A stretch of DNA of 64,000 nt from an uncultured Chloroflexia bacterium (GCA_963746845.1 CAVVCZ010000006.1:409008-473007), one strand, 5' to 3'; positions 9,153 to 22,371 are shown, counted from the stretch's first letter. Notes: generated from the letters alone by a model not told the origin. Program-made: numbers and translations.

Positions 9153-11249
9153 ATGACGACCGCCACGGAGACCCTCGACCGCCTCGCGATCGACACCATC
9201 CGGACCCTGTCGATCGACGGCGTCCAGAAGGCGAATTCCGGGCACCCGGGCGCCCCGATGGGCGCCGCGCCGATGGCCTACACCCTCTGGACGCGGTTCC
9301 TCCGGCATGCCCCCACCCGGCCGGACTGGCCGGATCGCGACCGGTTCGTCCTGAGCGCCGGCCACGCGTCGATGCTCCTGTACTCCCTCCTCCACCTGAC
9401 CGGATACGAGGTGACCCTGGAGGATCTCGAGAGCTTCCGGCAATGGGGCTCGAAGACCCCCGGGCACCCGGAGTACGCGCTCACGCCCGGGGTCGAGGCG
9501 ACGACCGGCCCGCTCGGGCAGGGCTTCGCGAACGCGGTCGGGATGGCGATCGCCGAGGCGCGTCTCGCGGCCGAGTTCAACCGCGACGGCCATGACATCG
9601 TCGACCATTGGACGTACACGCTCTGCTCGGACGGCGATCTCCAGGAGGGGATCGCTTCGGAGGCCGCGAGCCTCGCCGGCCATCTCCGGCTCCGGAAGCT
9701 CGTCGCCCTGTACGACGACAACCACATCCAGCTCGACGGGCCGACCTCGATGGCCTGGTCCGAGGACGTCGTCGCCCGCTTCGAGGCGTATGGCTGGCAT
9801 GCCGTCCGGGTCGAGGACGGCAACGACATCGACGCGATCGCGGCGGCGATCGAGGACGCCCGCGCCGACGACCGGCCGAGCCTGATCGCCGTCCGAACGC
9901 ACATCGGCTTCGGCAGCCCGAACAAGCAGGACAGCCAGAAGGCCCACGGGTCACCCCTCGGCCCGGACGAGGTCCGGCTGACGAAGGAGGCCTACGGCTG
10001 GGATCCCGACCGGACGTTCTGGGTCCCTGACGACGCGCGTGACCTCTTCCGGCGCGCGATCCCGGCCGGCAACGACCTCGTCGACGCGTGGGAGCGGGCC
10101 TTCGCTTCCTACGCCGCCGAATACCCGGACGTCGCGGCCGCATTCCGGCGACGGGTCGTCGAGCGTCGGCTGCCCGACGGCTGGGACGCCGGGCTCCCGT
10201 CGTACGCAGACGGGGTCGAGGTCGCCACCCGCAACGCCAGCCAGGACGTGATCCAGGCGCTCGCGCAACCGCTCCCGCGGCTCTTCGGGGGCGCCGCGGA
10301 CCTGTCGGAGTCCAACCTGACCGACGTCAAGGGCGAGGGCTCGTTCGAGGCGGACTCGCCCGGGCGGAACCTCCGGTTCGGCGTCCGCGAGCACGCGATG
10401 GGCGGGATCGCCAACGGGATCGCCTACCACGGCGGGTTCATCCCGTACGTCGCGACGTTCCTGACGTTCAGCGACTACATGCGCGGGTCGGTCCGGCTCG
10501 CGGCGCTCAGCGGACTCCAGGTGATCTACGTCTGGACCCACGACTCGGTGGGCCTCGGCGAGGACGGGCCGACCCACCAGCCGGTCGAGCACTATGCCGC
10601 CCTCCGGGCGATCCCGAACCTGTGGTTCGTTCGCCCGGGCGACGCCAACGAGACGGCGGCCGCATGGGCGCTCGCGATCGAACGAGGGCTGGACGATCCG
10701 TCGGGGCCGATCGCGCTCTCGCTGACCCGCCAGAAGCTTCCGACGCTCGCGGGCACGGACGAGGGGGCCCGCGACGGGCTGCGTCGCGGCGGCTACGTGC
10801 TGCGGGAGGCAGCGGGCCGGTCGCCCCGGATCATCCTCATCGGGACGGGCTCGGAGCTGCAGCTCGCGTTCGGTGCGGCCGAGGCGCTCGAGGCCGACGG
10901 CATCGCGGCCCGCGTCGTGTCCCTCCCGTGCTGGGAGCGGTTCGAGGCGCAGGACGCCGCCTACCGCGAGTCCGTCCTGCCACGCGCGGTCCGGGCCCGG
11001 GTGGCCGTGGAGGCGGGGGTCTCGCTCGGCTGGGATCGCTGGGTCGGTGACGAGGGAGCGATCGTCGGGCTCGACCATTTCGGCGCGAGCGCCCCGGCGG
11101 GCACGATCTTCGAGAAGTTCGGGTTCACGGTCGATCGCGTCGTCTCCGTTGCCCGCGGCGTCCTCGATGGCTCGGTCCGCGGGCCGCAGCCCACGCTCGA
11201 GCCCGGACATCTGCCTGCGCCGCGCGGCGGCCATCCGGGCCACGGCTGA
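9153..11249 (+). CDS. tkt: transketolase
   Basis: [48 protein letters not shown] at 9153 follows GGGAG. Confidence 0.95.
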   Translation: MTTATETLDRLAIDTIRTLSIDGVQKANSGHPGAPMGAAPMAYTLWTRFLRHAPTRPDWPDRDRFVLSAGHASMLLYSLLHLTGYEVTLEDLESFRQWGSKTPGHPEYALTPGVEATTGPLGQGFANAVGMAIAEARLAAEFNRDGHDIVDHWTYTLCSDGDLQEGIASEAASLAGHLRLRKLVALYDDNHIQLDGPTSMAWSEDVVARFEAYGWHAVRVEDGNDIDAIAAAIEDARADDRPSLIAVRTHIGFGSPNKQDSQKAHGSPLGPDEVRLTKEAYGWDPDRTFWVPDDARDLFRRAIPAGNDLVDAWERAFASYAAEYPDVAAAFRRRVVERRLPDGWDAGLPSYADGVEVATRNASQDVIQALAQPLPRLFGGAADLSESNLTDVKGEGSFEADSPGRNLRFGVREHAMGGIANGIAYHGGFIPYVATFLTFSDYMRGSVRLAALSGLQVIYVWTHDSVGLGEDGPTHQPVEHYAALRAIPNLWFVRPGDANETAAAWALAIERGLDDPSGPIALSLTRQKLPTLAGTDEGARDGLRRGGYVLREAAGRSPRIILIGTGSELQLAFGAAEALEADGIAARVVSLPCWERFEAQDAAYRESVLPRAVRARVAVEAGVSLGWDRWVGDEGAIVGLDHFGASAPAGTIFEKFGFTVDRVVSVARGVLDGSVRGPQPTLEPGHLPAPRGGHPGHG

Positions 11250-11259
11250 GCGCGGCCCG

Positions 11260-11718
11260 ATGCGCGTTGCATTCGCCGCGGACCATGCCGGTGCCGCGCT
11301 CAAGGACGAGATGCGTCGTCGCCTGGAGGCAGCCGGTCTCGGCCACGAGTCGATCGACCTCGGCGGCGACGGGTCGGACCCGAACGATGACTATCCGGAC
11401 TTCGCCGCCCGACTCGGCTACGCCGTCCGGGACGGCGAGGCGGATCGGGGCATCCTGATCTGCGGCTCGGGCGTCGGCGCGAGCGTCGCGGCCAACAAGA
11501 TCCGCGGCGTGCGAACCGCCGTCTGCCACGACACCTACTCCGCCCACCAGGGCGTCGAGCACGACGACATGAACGTGCTGACGCTCGGCTCCCGGGTGAT
11601 CGGGCCGGAACCCGCCTGGGAGTGCGTCGTCGCCTTCCTCGGCGCGACGTTCAGTGGCGAGCCGCGCCATCAGCGCCGACTGGACAAGGTCCTCGCCATC
11701 GAAGCGGCGGAACGCTGA
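11260..11718 (+). CDS. rpiB: ribose-5-phosphate isomerase B
   Basis: [11 protein letters not shown]...[28 protein letters not shown]...[11 protein letters not shown]. 152 aa. Confidence 0.92.
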   Translation: MRVAFAADHAGAALKDEMRRRLEAAGLGHESIDLGGDGSDPNDDYPDFAARLGYAVRDGEADRGILICGSGVGASVAANKIRGVRTAVCHDTYSAHQGVEHDDMNVLTLGSRVIGPEPAWECVVAFLGATFSGEPRHQRRLDKVLAIEAAER

Positions 11719-11744
11719 CGGCCGCCGGTCCGGCCGACCTCTGG

Positions 11745-13118
11745 GTGGCGTCGGCGTCCGACCTCGCCCACCGGATCCGATCGGGCGAGGTCGCGTCGGT
11801 CGAGGTCGTCGAGGCGTGCCTGGACCGGATTGCTGCAGTCAACCCGTCGATCAACGCGGTCGTTGCGCTCGCCGACGACGCCCTGGATCGCGCCCGAGGC
11901 GCGGACGCCAGGCTGGCGGCCGGCGAGACGGATGGCCCGCTCCACGGCGTCCCGTTCACGATCAAGGACTCGCTGGACACGGCCGGCGTCGTTACGACGG
12001 CGGGCACGATCGGGTGGCGCGACCGGATCCCCGAGCGCGATGCGACGGTCGTGGCTCGCCTCCGCGCCGCGGGCGGGATCCTGCTCGGCAAGACGAACAC
12101 GCCGGAGTTCACCTGGTCGGACGAGACCGACAACGACGTGTACGGCCGGACGTCGAACCCGTACGACCTCGAGCGCACGCCGGGCGGCAGCTCGGGCGGC
12201 GCGGCCGCGATCGTCGCGGCGGGTGGGTCGCCGTTCGACATCGGCAGCGACACGGGCGACAGCATCCGCCAGCCGGCCCACGTCTGCGGGATCGCGGGGA
12301 TCAAGCCGACCCAGGGCCGCGTCCCGCGGACCGGCCACTGGCCCGGGTTCGCCGGGATCGTCGCCGGTCTCCAGCAGCTTGGGCCGCTCGCCCGGCGCGT
12401 CGATGACCTCGCCCTGATCCTGCCGATCATCGCCGGCCCCGACGGCGTGGACCCGCACGTCGCCCCCGCCCCGCTCGGCGATCCCGGCGCGGTCGACGTC
12501 GGCGCGCTGCGGGTCGTCGCCTTCACGGACAACGGCATCCGGACCCCGACGCCCGACACCGTCCGGGCCGTCGAGGCGGCCGTCGCTGCGGTCGCGAACA
12601 CCGGCGCGGTCATCGAGTGGGAGGTGCCGCCGGGTCTCGACGAGGCCTGGGAGGCCTGGGACCGGCTGATCCGGAGCGACGGCTTCGGCTGGCTCCGGCG
12701 GCTGATCGCCGAGGCCGGCACGCCCGGCTGGGGGTCATACGCGACGCGCGGCTGGATCGACCCGGGGCCACCCGTGGCCGGTGACGAGCTGAGCGCGATC
12801 GTCGAGGGAGCGGACCGAGCTCGGTCCAGCCTGCTCCAGTGGTTCCAGCGGGCCGACCTGATCATCTGCCCGGCCATGCCCCAGCCGGCGATCCGCCACG
12901 GCGAGAGCACGGCGGCGTGGTTCGACGACACCTACAGCGACGTCCACAACCTGACCGGCTGGCCGGCGGCCGTCGTCCGCGGCGGGACGTCGACCGATGA
13001 CCCGCCGCTGCCGATCGGCGTCCAGCTCGTCGCCCGCCCGTGGCGGGAGGACGTGGCGCTCGCGGCGGCGCGGGTCGTCGAGGCGGCATCGGGCGGGTGG
13101 CGACCGCCGCCGATCTGA
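11745..13118 (+). CDS. amidase-signature family amidase
   Basis: GVPFTIKDSLDTAG...GGSSGGAAAIVAAGGSPFDIGSDTGDSIRQPA. The start (GTG 11745 or CTG 11715) is uncertain. Confidence 0.88.
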   Translation: MASASDLAHRIRSGEVASVEVVEACLDRIAAVNPSINAVVALADDALDRARGADARLAAGETDGPLHGVPFTIKDSLDTAGVVTTAGTIGWRDRIPERDATVVARLRAAGGILLGKTNTPEFTWSDETDNDVYGRTSNPYDLERTPGGSSGGAAAIVAAGGSPFDIGSDTGDSIRQPAHVCGIAGIKPTQGRVPRTGHWPGFAGIVAGLQQLGPLARRVDDLALILPIIAGPDGVDPHVAPAPLGDPGAVDVGALRVVAFTDNGIRTPTPDTVRAVEAAVAAVANTGAVIEWEVPPGLDEAWEAWDRLIRSDGFGWLRRLIAEAGTPGWGSYATRGWIDPGPPVAGDELSAIVEGADRARSSLLQWFQRADLIICPAMPQPAIRHGESTAAWFDDTYSDVHNLTGWPAAVVRGGTSTDDPPLPIGVQLVARPWREDVALAAARVVEAASGGWRPPPI

Positions 13119-13206
13119 GCCGGCGGCCGGCACACCGGCCGGCACCACCTGCCGGAACGCCCTGTTCATCGAGTCGCAATGCCCAACACGGCGTGTCCGG
13201 ACTACC

Positions 13207-15003
13207 ATGCGAGGACCGATGACCAATTCCGCCGCTTCTCCGTCGATCGCGCCGATTCGCCTGACCCTCGGGGCGGGCGAGGCGGCCTACGACGAGGCCG
13301 TGCGCCAGGCCCGTGACGAGCACTGGGCGAAGCGCCTGTTCGACCGCGACGCGTCGCTCTGGTCATCGAATGAGCGCGTCCAGGCCGCGATCGGGGATCG
13401 GCTCGGCTGGCTCGACAGCCCGGCCCACTTCACGGACCAGATCGGGGCGCTCGAGGGGTTCGGCGAGGGGATCCGCGATTCCGGGTTCACGACCGCGATC
13501 GTCGCCGGCATGGGCGGGAGCAGCCTCGCTCCCGAGGTCCTCCGCGAGGTCTTCGGCAAGCTGGACGACTGGCTCGACCTGCGCGTCCTCGACACGACCG
13601 ACCCGGCGGGCGTCGCCGCGACCGTCGACGACCTCGATCCGCTCGCGACCCTCTGGATCGTCGCGACGAAGTCCGGGACCACGACGGAGCCACTCGCCTT
13701 CCTCGCCGACTTCTGGGAGCGCGGAGAGCACGCACTGCGTGCCCGCGGTGCGAAGCGTTTCGAGCACGCCGGCGAGCTGGCGATCGCGATCACCGACCCG
13801 GGCCCGAGCGTCGAGGCGATCCCCCATCACGACGACTTCCGCGAGGTCTTCCTCAACCCACCGGACATCGGCGGGCGGTACTCCGCGCTGAGCTACGTCG
13901 GGCTCGTGCCGGCCAGCCTGCTCGGCATCGACCTGGACCCGCTCCTCGAGTCCGCCCGGGCCATGGAGGACGCCTGCCGCGACGACGACCCGGAGACGAA
14001 CCCCGGCGTGTCGCTCGGCCTGGCGTTCGGGACGCTCGCGAAGAACGGCCGCGACAAGCTGACGTTCGTGGCGGACCCGTCGCTCGAGGCCTTCGGCTCG
14101 TGGGTGGAGCAGCTGATCGCCGAGTCCACGGGCAAGCGTGGGGTCGGGATCGTCCCGATCGATCGCGAGCCGCTCGGCGACATCGCCGCGTACGGCAACG
14201 ACCGGGTCTTCGTCCGGCTGGCGCTCGCGCCGCTCGAGGGCGAGACGCCGTACGCCGCAGGTGATGCCTTCGTTGCCGCGGCCGCGGTCGCGGGCCACCC
14301 GGTCATCCGGATCGACGTCGGCGACCCGATCGACCTCGGCGCCGAGGCGTTCCGCTGGGAGGTCGCCACCGCGGTGGCGGGCGCCGTGATCGGGATCGAC
14401 CCGTTCGACCAGCCGAACGTCGAGGAGGCCAAGGAGCTCACGCGGCACGTCCTCGCGGCGGCCTCGTCCGGCCAGCAGCCGGCCGCCCCGCCGCCGCCGA
14501 TCGTCGTCGACGACGCCGCGGGCCTGACCCTCCACGGCGACGCCCCGATGCGCCTCACCGCGGGCGATGGGACGCTCGTCGGCGAGCTGGCCCGCCACCT
14601 CGCCCGGCGCAAGCCCAACGCCTATCTCGCCCTCCAGGCGTTCATCGCCCCGTCGGCGACGTCGAGCGCCTCGATGGCCCGGATCCGGGCGCTGCTCCGG
14701 GACACGACCCACTGCGCGACGACCGCCGGGTACGGCCCGCGCTTCCTGCACTCGACCGGTCAGCTCCACAAGGGCGGTGCCCCGATCGGGTGGTTCCTTC
14801 AGCTCACGGCGGACCATCCCGTCGATCGGCCGATCCCCGGCTGGCCGTACACGTTCGGCCGGCTCATCGACGCCCAGGCCGAGGGCGACTTCGCGGCGAT
14901 CGAGGCCCACGACCTGCCGATCCTCCGCGTCCACCTCGCCGATCCGGAGCGTGGCCTGGCCGCGCTCGAGTCAGCCCTGCGCGAGGCGCTCGCCGGGGGC
15001 TGA
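13207..15003 (+). CDS. pgi: glucose-6-phosphate isomerase (PGI module of the tal-pgi type, without a transaldolase domain)
   Basis: SIS/PGI-type sequence (IVAGMGGSSLAPEV...IVATKSGTTTEP...GGRYSALS...GYGPRFLHSTGQLHKGG). The start is ATG 13207 or 13219. Confidence 0.85.
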   Translation: MRGPMTNSAASPSIAPIRLTLGAGEAAYDEAVRQARDEHWAKRLFDRDASLWSSNERVQAAIGDRLGWLDSPAHFTDQIGALEGFGEGIRDSGFTTAIVAGMGGSSLAPEVLREVFGKLDDWLDLRVLDTTDPAGVAATVDDLDPLATLWIVATKSGTTTEPLAFLADFWERGEHALRARGAKRFEHAGELAIAITDPGPSVEAIPHHDDFREVFLNPPDIGGRYSALSYVGLVPASLLGIDLDPLLESARAMEDACRDDDPETNPGVSLGLAFGTLAKNGRDKLTFVADPSLEAFGSWVEQLIAESTGKRGVGIVPIDREPLGDIAAYGNDRVFVRLALAPLEGETPYAAGDAFVAAAAVAGHPVIRIDVGDPIDLGAEAFRWEVATAVAGAVIGIDPFDQPNVEEAKELTRHVLAAASSGQQPAAPPPPIVVDDAAGLTLHGDAPMRLTAGDGTLVGELARHLARRKPNAYLALQAFIAPSATSSASMARIRALLRDTTHCATTAGYGPRFLHSTGQLHKGGAPIGWFLQLTADHPVDRPIPGWPYTFGRLIDAQAEGDFAAIEAHDLPILRVHLADPERGLAALESALREALAGG

Positions 15004-15063
15004 AGGTCAGGGTCACGCCACGCCGGCCGCCGCCGGCCCGACACGACAGGGAGGCGCATCGCA

Positions 15064-15963
15064 ATGCGGATCGGGTTCGTCGGTCTCGGGCGGATGGGCG
15101 CCAACATGGTCCGTCGGCTCGTGCGGGACGGCCACGAGGTCGTGGCGTACAACCGGACACCGGAGAAGACGAAGGAGATCGAGGGTGAGGGCGCGATCGC
15201 GTCGTACTCGATCGCCGAGCTCGTCTCGAAGCTCGAGAAGCCGCGCGCGGTCTGGGTGATGGTCCCGGCCGGCGACGCGACCGAGGCCCAGATCGCGGAG
15301 CTGATGGAGCACCTCGAGCCGGGCGACACGATCATCGACGGCGGGAACACGAACTTCCACGACGACCAGCGCCGCCACGGGGAGCTGGCCGCGAAGGGCG
15401 TCCACTACGTCGACGCCGGGACGTCCGGCGGGATCTGGGGGCTCCAGGTCGGGTACTGCCTCATGGTCGGCGGCGAGCCCGACGCCGTCACGCCGCTCGA
15501 GCCGATCTTCGGGACGCTCGCGCCGAAGGACGGCTACCTCCACGTCGGCGGGCCCGGAGCCGGGCACTACGTGAAGATGGTCCACAACGGGATCGAGTAC
15601 GGGCTGATGCAGGCCTACGCCGAGGGCTTCGAGATCATGCATGCCTCGTCGTACCAGCTCGACCTGGCGGCGATCTCGGAGCTGTGGATGCAGGGCTCCG
15701 TCGTCCGGTCGTGGCTGCTGGAGCTCGCGGGCAGGGCGTTCCGGGCGAACGGCCAGGACCTGACCCACCTCCAGGGCTACGTCGAGGATTCGGGGGAGGG
15801 CCGCTGGACCGTCCAGGAGGCGATCGACCACGACGTCCCGGCACCGGTCATCACGCTGTCGCTCCTGACCCGGTTCCGGTCGCGCCAGTCCGACTCCTAT
15901 GGCGCGAAGGTGCTGGCGGCGCTGCGCAACGAGTTCGGTGGTCATGCGGTCAGGACCGAGTGA
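15064..15963 (+). CDS. gnd: 6-phosphogluconate dehydrogenase (decarboxylating), short GndA/YqeC-like form
   Basis: MRIGFVGLGRMGANM Rossmann motif, VDAGTSGGIWG, GAGHYVKMVHNGIEYG. GGGAGG lies upstream of the ATG. Confidence 0.9.
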   Translation: MRIGFVGLGRMGANMVRRLVRDGHEVVAYNRTPEKTKEIEGEGAIASYSIAELVSKLEKPRAVWVMVPAGDATEAQIAELMEHLEPGDTIIDGGNTNFHDDQRRHGELAAKGVHYVDAGTSGGIWGLQVGYCLMVGGEPDAVTPLEPIFGTLAPKDGYLHVGGPGAGHYVKMVHNGIEYGLMQAYAEGFEIMHASSYQLDLAAISELWMQGSVVRSWLLELAGRAFRANGQDLTHLQGYVEDSGEGRWTVQEAIDHDVPAPVITLSLLTRFRSRQSDSYGAKVLAALRNEFGGHAVRTE

Positions 15964-15993
15964 CCGCGGCGCGATGAGCGCGACCCGCCGGCC

Positions 15994-17703
<1,710 letters not shown>

Positions 17704-17783
17704 TGACCCCGGGGATCCGACCATGAGCCTCGTCATGGGCGGTCTCGTCGCCGTGCCCGCAGGGCGCACGCCCGAACGAGCCT

Positions 17784-18989
17784 GTGCTGCGCTGGCGATC
17801 GCGCGCCCACAGCATCGAGGAGGTCGAGACCGAGCTCGCCCGGATCTGGTCCGAGATCAGCTTCACGGTCGATGCCGACGGAGACGGCGTCCGGGAGGAG
17901 CGCCACGTCGGGGCGCGGACGAGCGTGATGAACCTCGTCGTGATCGCCGGCCGGCCGGAGGTCGGCGAGCGCTGTGCGGCGATCATCCAGAAGCTCACGG
18001 GCCGCCATCCGTCCCGGACCACGATCGTCCAGCCCGCCGACCCGGACGGCCCGTCGTGGCTCGACGCCCACATCGTCGCCCACTGCGTCATGCCGCGGGT
18101 CGACGCTCCGGAGACCTGCGCGGAGACCATCCACCTGACGTGCGGCGGCGAGGCCGGCCGACACCTCGACGCCATCGTCGCACCGCTCCTGATCCACGAC
18201 CTGCCGGTGACGGTGTGGTGGCCGGACGAGCCGCCGTTCGCGAGCCCGAAGGCGAACGATCTCTTCGCGATGGCCGACCGGCTCGTCGTCGACGGATCGG
18301 GCTGGCACGGCACCGGCCTGACCCAGCTTCGCCGGATGGCCGGGATGGCCGAGCGGCTGCCGATCGCGATCTCCGACTTCGCGCTCGTCCGGCAGTCCCG
18401 CTGGCGGGAGGCGATCGCGGCGATCTTCGACATCCCGGACTTCCTGCCGTACCTCCGGCACCTCCGCCGGATCGCGGTGACGTACGGCGTCCGCGACGAG
18501 TTCGGCGCGGAGTCGACGAACATCGTGAAGCCGCTCTACCACGCGGCCTGGATCGGGTCGCGGCTCGGGATGCACGTCGTCAAGCCGCTCGGGGCGACGA
18601 CCGGCGGGCCGAAGCGGCCGGCGGGTCGCTCCACGACTCTCGCGAACCCGAGCGCCGGGCTCGGCGCGACGCTCCGCCTGGACCGGACGGACGTCGCGGT
18701 CGTCATCCGCCCGGTGCTGTCCGAGATGCCGCCCGGCACGACCCTCCGCGTCGAGCTGCTCGCCGACTGGCGCGGCTCGGAGCTCCGTGCCGACGTCACC
18801 GCCGAGCAGGAGGCCGTCCACGTCCGGGTCTGGCAGGATGGGGTCCACTGCCTCGAGCGCGGGTTCACCGCCCCGCGCCGGAACGACATCGACCTGCTCG
18901 CCGAGGCGATCGAGGCGGGCGGGCGCGATCCGGTCGCGATGGGCGCGCTGGCGCTGGCGGCAAGGCTGGCCGGCGGGGTCGGCGAGTGA
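17784..18989 (+). CDS. opcA: glucose-6-phosphate dehydrogenase assembly protein OpcA
   Basis: Position directly after zwf. OpcA-like sequence (SVMNLVVIA...HPSRTTIV...LPVTVWWPDEPPF). Confidence 0.85.
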   Translation: MLRWRSRAHSIEEVETELARIWSEISFTVDADGDGVREERHVGARTSVMNLVVIAGRPEVGERCAAIIQKLTGRHPSRTTIVQPADPDGPSWLDAHIVAHCVMPRVDAPETCAETIHLTCGGEAGRHLDAIVAPLLIHDLPVTVWWPDEPPFASPKANDLFAMADRLVVDGSGWHGTGLTQLRRMAGMAERLPIAISDFALVRQSRWREAIAAIFDIPDFLPYLRHLRRIAVTYGVRDEFGAESTNIVKPLYHAAWIGSRLGMHVVKPLGATTGGPKRPAGRSTTLANPSAGLGATLRLDRTDVAVVIRPVLSEMPPGTTLRVELLADWRGSELRADVTAEQEAVHVRVWQDGVHCLERGFTAPRRNDIDLLAEAIEAGGRDPVAMGALALAARLAGGVGE

Positions 18990-19044
18990 TCGAGATCCGG
19001 ATCGGTCGAACGACCGTCACCGAGAGGCCCGGAGGGACCGCCCG

Positions 19045-19872
19045 ATGAGCGAGCCGACCGTCGTCACCCTGGCCGACCCGGAGGCGTGCTCGCTCGCGGC
19101 CGCGGAGCGGATCGTCGAGATCCTCGACGTCGCGATCGACGACCGGGGCGAGGCCCACTGGGTCACGACCGGCGGGTCCGCCCCGGGCGGCATCTACCGC
19201 CACCTCGCGTCCTCGCCGCTGCGCACGGAGATCGACTGGCGAAAGGTCCGGCTGTGGTGGACCGACGACCGGTTCGTCCCGATCGATCACCCGCTCTCGA
19301 ACGCGAAGCTGGCCTACGACCTGCTGCTCGACTACGCGGCGTTCACCGGGGAATCCGGGACGGGATCGTCGGGGATCGACGTGGAGGCGGGTCGCGCCGC
19401 CGGGGTCCCGATTCGCACGGACGACGTCCACCCGTTCCCGGTCGGTGCCGCGATCGGCGAGGGTCGCGACACGCACTGGTGCGCCGCCCGGTATGTCGAA
19501 CAGCTCCGAGCCGACGGACCGGAGGAGAACGACGACGGGCTGCCCGCCTTCGACCTGATCCTGCTCGGCATCGGGCCGGACGGCCACATCCTGTCGGTGT
19601 TCCCGGAGTCGGAGGCGTTCGACGACCGGGCGTGGGCGCTGGGCGTGCCGGCACCGACGCACGTCGAGCCGCATGTCGCCCGGGTCACGCTGAACCCGAA
19701 GCTCGTGCCGGCGGCGCACGAGATCCTCGTCGTGGCGACCGGCGCCGAGAAGGCCGACATCCTGTTCGACATCCTGCGGTCGCCGGTGGAGCCGCGGCGA
19801 CTGCCCGCCCAGCTGGCTCGTCGCGCCGGCGCGACCTGGATGCTCGATCGGGCCGCGGCCGCCCGACTGTGA
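19045..19872 (+). CDS. pgl: 6-phosphogluconolactonase
   Basis: VTTGGSAPGGIY...WWTDDRFVP...LLGIGPDGHILSVFP. GGAGGGA lies 7 nt upstream of the ATG. Confidence 0.9.
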   Translation: MSEPTVVTLADPEACSLAAAERIVEILDVAIDDRGEAHWVTTGGSAPGGIYRHLASSPLRTEIDWRKVRLWWTDDRFVPIDHPLSNAKLAYDLLLDYAAFTGESGTGSSGIDVEAGRAAGVPIRTDDVHPFPVGAAIGEGRDTHWCAARYVEQLRADGPEENDDGLPAFDLILLGIGPDGHILSVFPESEAFDDRAWALGVPAPTHVEPHVARVTLNPKLVPAAHEILVVATGAEKADILFDILRSPVEPRRLPAQLARRAGATWMLDRAAAARL

Positions 19873-20345
19873 CGCACGGGTCCGACCCGTCGCGGGTCGC
19901 GATCCGGCCGGCCACGGCCGGGGATGCTGCAGCCATCTCGGACGTCTTCCTCGCATCGTTCCACGCGACCTACGACTTCCCGCTCGCGCACACGGACGAT
20001 CAGGTCCGGGCGTGGATCGCCGATGCCGTGGTTCCCACCGGTGACACGTGGGTCGCCGTCGACGGCGACGTGGTCGTCGGGCTGATGGTCGTCGGCGGTG
20101 GAGACCTCGACCAGCTGTACGTCGCGCCGGACCGGCTCGGCGAGGGGATCGGCCGGCGCCTGCTCGACCTCGCGAAGGAGCGCTGGCCCGGCGGGCTCCG
20201 CCTCTACACGTTCCAGGTCAACGAGCGGGCCCGCCGGTTCTACGAGCGCAACGGGTTCGCCGCCGACTGGTTCGGCGACGGGTCGGCCAACGAGGAGGGC
20301 CAGCCGGACGTCCGCTATGTCTGGTCGCCAGTGGACCGCGCATGA
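19869..20345 (+). CDS. GNAT-family N-acetyltransferase
   Basis: GTG overlaps the pgl TGA (GTGA). QLYVAPDRLGEGIGRRLL...ARRFYERNGF. Confidence 0.85.
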   Translation: MTHGSDPSRVAIRPATAGDAAAISDVFLASFHATYDFPLAHTDDQVRAWIADAVVPTGDTWVAVDGDVVVGLMVVGGGDLDQLYVAPDRLGEGIGRRLLDLAKERWPGGLRLYTFQVNERARRFYERNGFAADWFGDGSANEEGQPDVRYVWSPVDRA

Positions 20346-21241
20346 CGTTCGAGCCGGGCGCCGAACGCGCGCCCTCGCGCCTCGTCCCGTCCCCGGACGG
20401 CGTCCAGATCGCGGTCTTCACGTCCGGAACCGGGCCGCCCCTCGTCCTCGTCCACGGCGCCACGGCCGACCACACGACCTGGCGCACGTCCGGGCCCTTG
20501 CTCGGAGGGCGCCATGCCCTCCACGCGATCGATCGCCGCGGCCGGGGCGGGTCCGGGGACGGACCGCCGGGCGAGCCGTACGCGATCGAGCGCGAGTTCG
20601 ACGACCTGGCGGCCGTCGTCGAGGCGATCGCGGCCGCGACCGGCGAGCCGGTCGACGTCGTCGGGCACTCGTACGGCGGCCGCATCGGGCTCGGCGCGGC
20701 GCTCCGGACGGACCACCTCCGCCGCCTCGTCGTGTACGAGGGTGCGCCGCCGGCGCCGGACGGAGCCGGCTACCAGGACGCCGACGCGGCCACGCTGCGA
20801 CGGGTCGAGACGCTCGTCGCCGCGGGCGATCGCGACGAGGCGCTCGCGACCTTCATGCGCGAGATCGTGGGAATGCCGGCGGCGGAGCTCGCGGGCTTCC
20901 GGGCGAACCCGATCTGGGCGCGTCGCGCGGGAGCAGTCGACACGACGATCCGCGAGCTGCGCGCCGAGACGAGCCCGGCGGGCTCGCTCGCCGCCCTGGG
21001 GGCCGTGCGCCAGCCGGTGCTCCAGATCCTCGGAAGCGCCAGCGCGGCCCCGTTCGCGGAGGCGACGTGGGCGCTGAACGGGCAGCTGCGGAACGGCCGC
21101 GTCGTCACGATCGAGGGCGCACGGCATGCGGCCCACCACACCCATGCCGCCGCGTTCGCGGACGCCGTCGAGGCCTTCCTGGCGTCCCGTTCATCGGCGA
21201 GACGGCGCGTCGAGCGCCCGACGGATACCATCGACCCATGA
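20342..21241 (+). CDS. alpha/beta-fold hydrolase
   Basis: ATGA overlap with the GNAT gene. LVLVHGATADH, nucleophile elbow GHSYGG. Confidence 0.85.
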   Translation: MTFEPGAERAPSRLVPSPDGVQIAVFTSGTGPPLVLVHGATADHTTWRTSGPLLGGRHALHAIDRRGRGGSGDGPPGEPYAIEREFDDLAAVVEAIAAATGEPVDVVGHSYGGRIGLGAALRTDHLRRLVVYEGAPPAPDGAGYQDADAATLRRVETLVAAGDRDEALATFMREIVGMPAAELAGFRANPIWARRAGAVDTTIRELRAETSPAGSLAALGAVRQPVLQILGSASAAPFAEATWALNGQLRNGRVVTIEGARHAAHHTHAAAFADAVEAFLASRSSARRRVERPTDTIDP

Positions 21242-22371
21242 CCGACGCCACCGCCGCGGCACCCGTGCCGGCGGCCACCCCCGATGAGCGCCCGTACTCC
21301 CCGGGCCTCGAGGGCGTCCTCGCCGGCGAGACGTCGCTGAGCAAGGTCGACGGGGCGAACGGCCGGTTGATCTACCGCGGCTATCGGATCGGCGATCTCG
21401 TCGAGCATGGTACGTATCACGCCGTCGCAAACCTCCTCTGGACCGGCGACTGGGATCCCCGCGCCCGCCTCAGCACCGCGCCCGTGCCGCACGCGGTGCT
21501 GACGGCGCTGCAGGCACTGCCGACGACGACCAAGCCGATGGACGCGCTTCGCACTGCGGTGTCGGCGTGGGGCGCGACGCAGGCGCTCGCGTATCCGCCG
21601 ACGGTCGAGCAGGCTCGAGCTCTGACGGCCGCGTCCCCGTCCGCGCTCGCCGCGTTCGCCCGGATTCGGGAGGGCAAGGATCCGATCGAGCCCGATCCGT
21701 CCCTCGATCTGGTCGAGGGCTTCCTCTATCAGCTCAAGGGCGAGCGCCCGGACGCCGGGACGGCCCGGGCCCTCGACGCCTATTTCATCGTCGGCGCCGA
21801 GCACGGCTTCAACGCCTCGACCTTCACGGCCCGCGTCGTGACCTCGACCCAATCGGATCTCGCGTCCGCGGTCTGCGCGGCGATCGGGACGATGAAGGGG
21901 CCGCTCCACGGTGGCGCACCGTCCGAGGTCGTGGACCAGCTCTCCCAGGTCGGCTCGGTCGAGAACGCAGAGAAGTGGCTGACCGAGGCGCTCGACCGCC
22001 ACGAGCGACTGATGGGCTTCGGCCACCGTGTGTACCGCGCCTACGATCCGCGTGCCGCGGCCCTCCGCAAGGTCGCCGAGGGCATGGAGCACAAGCCCGA
22101 CTGGCTCCAGCTGGCGATCCAGGTCGAGGACGTTGCGCTCCGATTGCTCGCTGAGCGCCATCCGGACCGGCCGCTGAAGACGAACGTCGAGTACTACGCA
22201 GCGCCGGTGCTCATGGGCGTCGGCCTCACGCCGGACCTGTTCCCGGCGACGTTCTCGCTGGCCCGCCACGCGGGCTGGACCGCCCACGCGCTCGAACAGG
22301 CCGCGAACAACCGCCTGATCCGCCCGGACGTCCGGTACGTGGGCCCCGCGGAGCGCGACCTGCCAGCCTGA
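21238..22371 (+). CDS. citrate synthase (small, type I / 2-methylcitrate synthase-like)
   Basis: ATGA overlap with the hydrolase. GPLHGGAPSEV, MGFGHRVYRAYDPRA, NVEYYAAPV. Confidence 0.92.
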   Translation: MTDATAAAPVPAATPDERPYSPGLEGVLAGETSLSKVDGANGRLIYRGYRIGDLVEHGTYHAVANLLWTGDWDPRARLSTAPVPHAVLTALQALPTTTKPMDALRTAVSAWGATQALAYPPTVEQARALTAASPSALAAFARIREGKDPIEPDPSLDLVEGFLYQLKGERPDAGTARALDAYFIVGAEHGFNASTFTARVVTSTQSDLASAVCAAIGTMKGPLHGGAPSEVVDQLSQVGSVENAEKWLTEALDRHERLMGFGHRVYRAYDPRAAALRKVAEGMEHKPDWLQLAIQVEDVALRLLAERHPDRPLKTNVEYYAAPVLMGVGLTPDLFPATFSLARHAGWTAHALEQAANNRLIRPDVRYVGPAERDLPA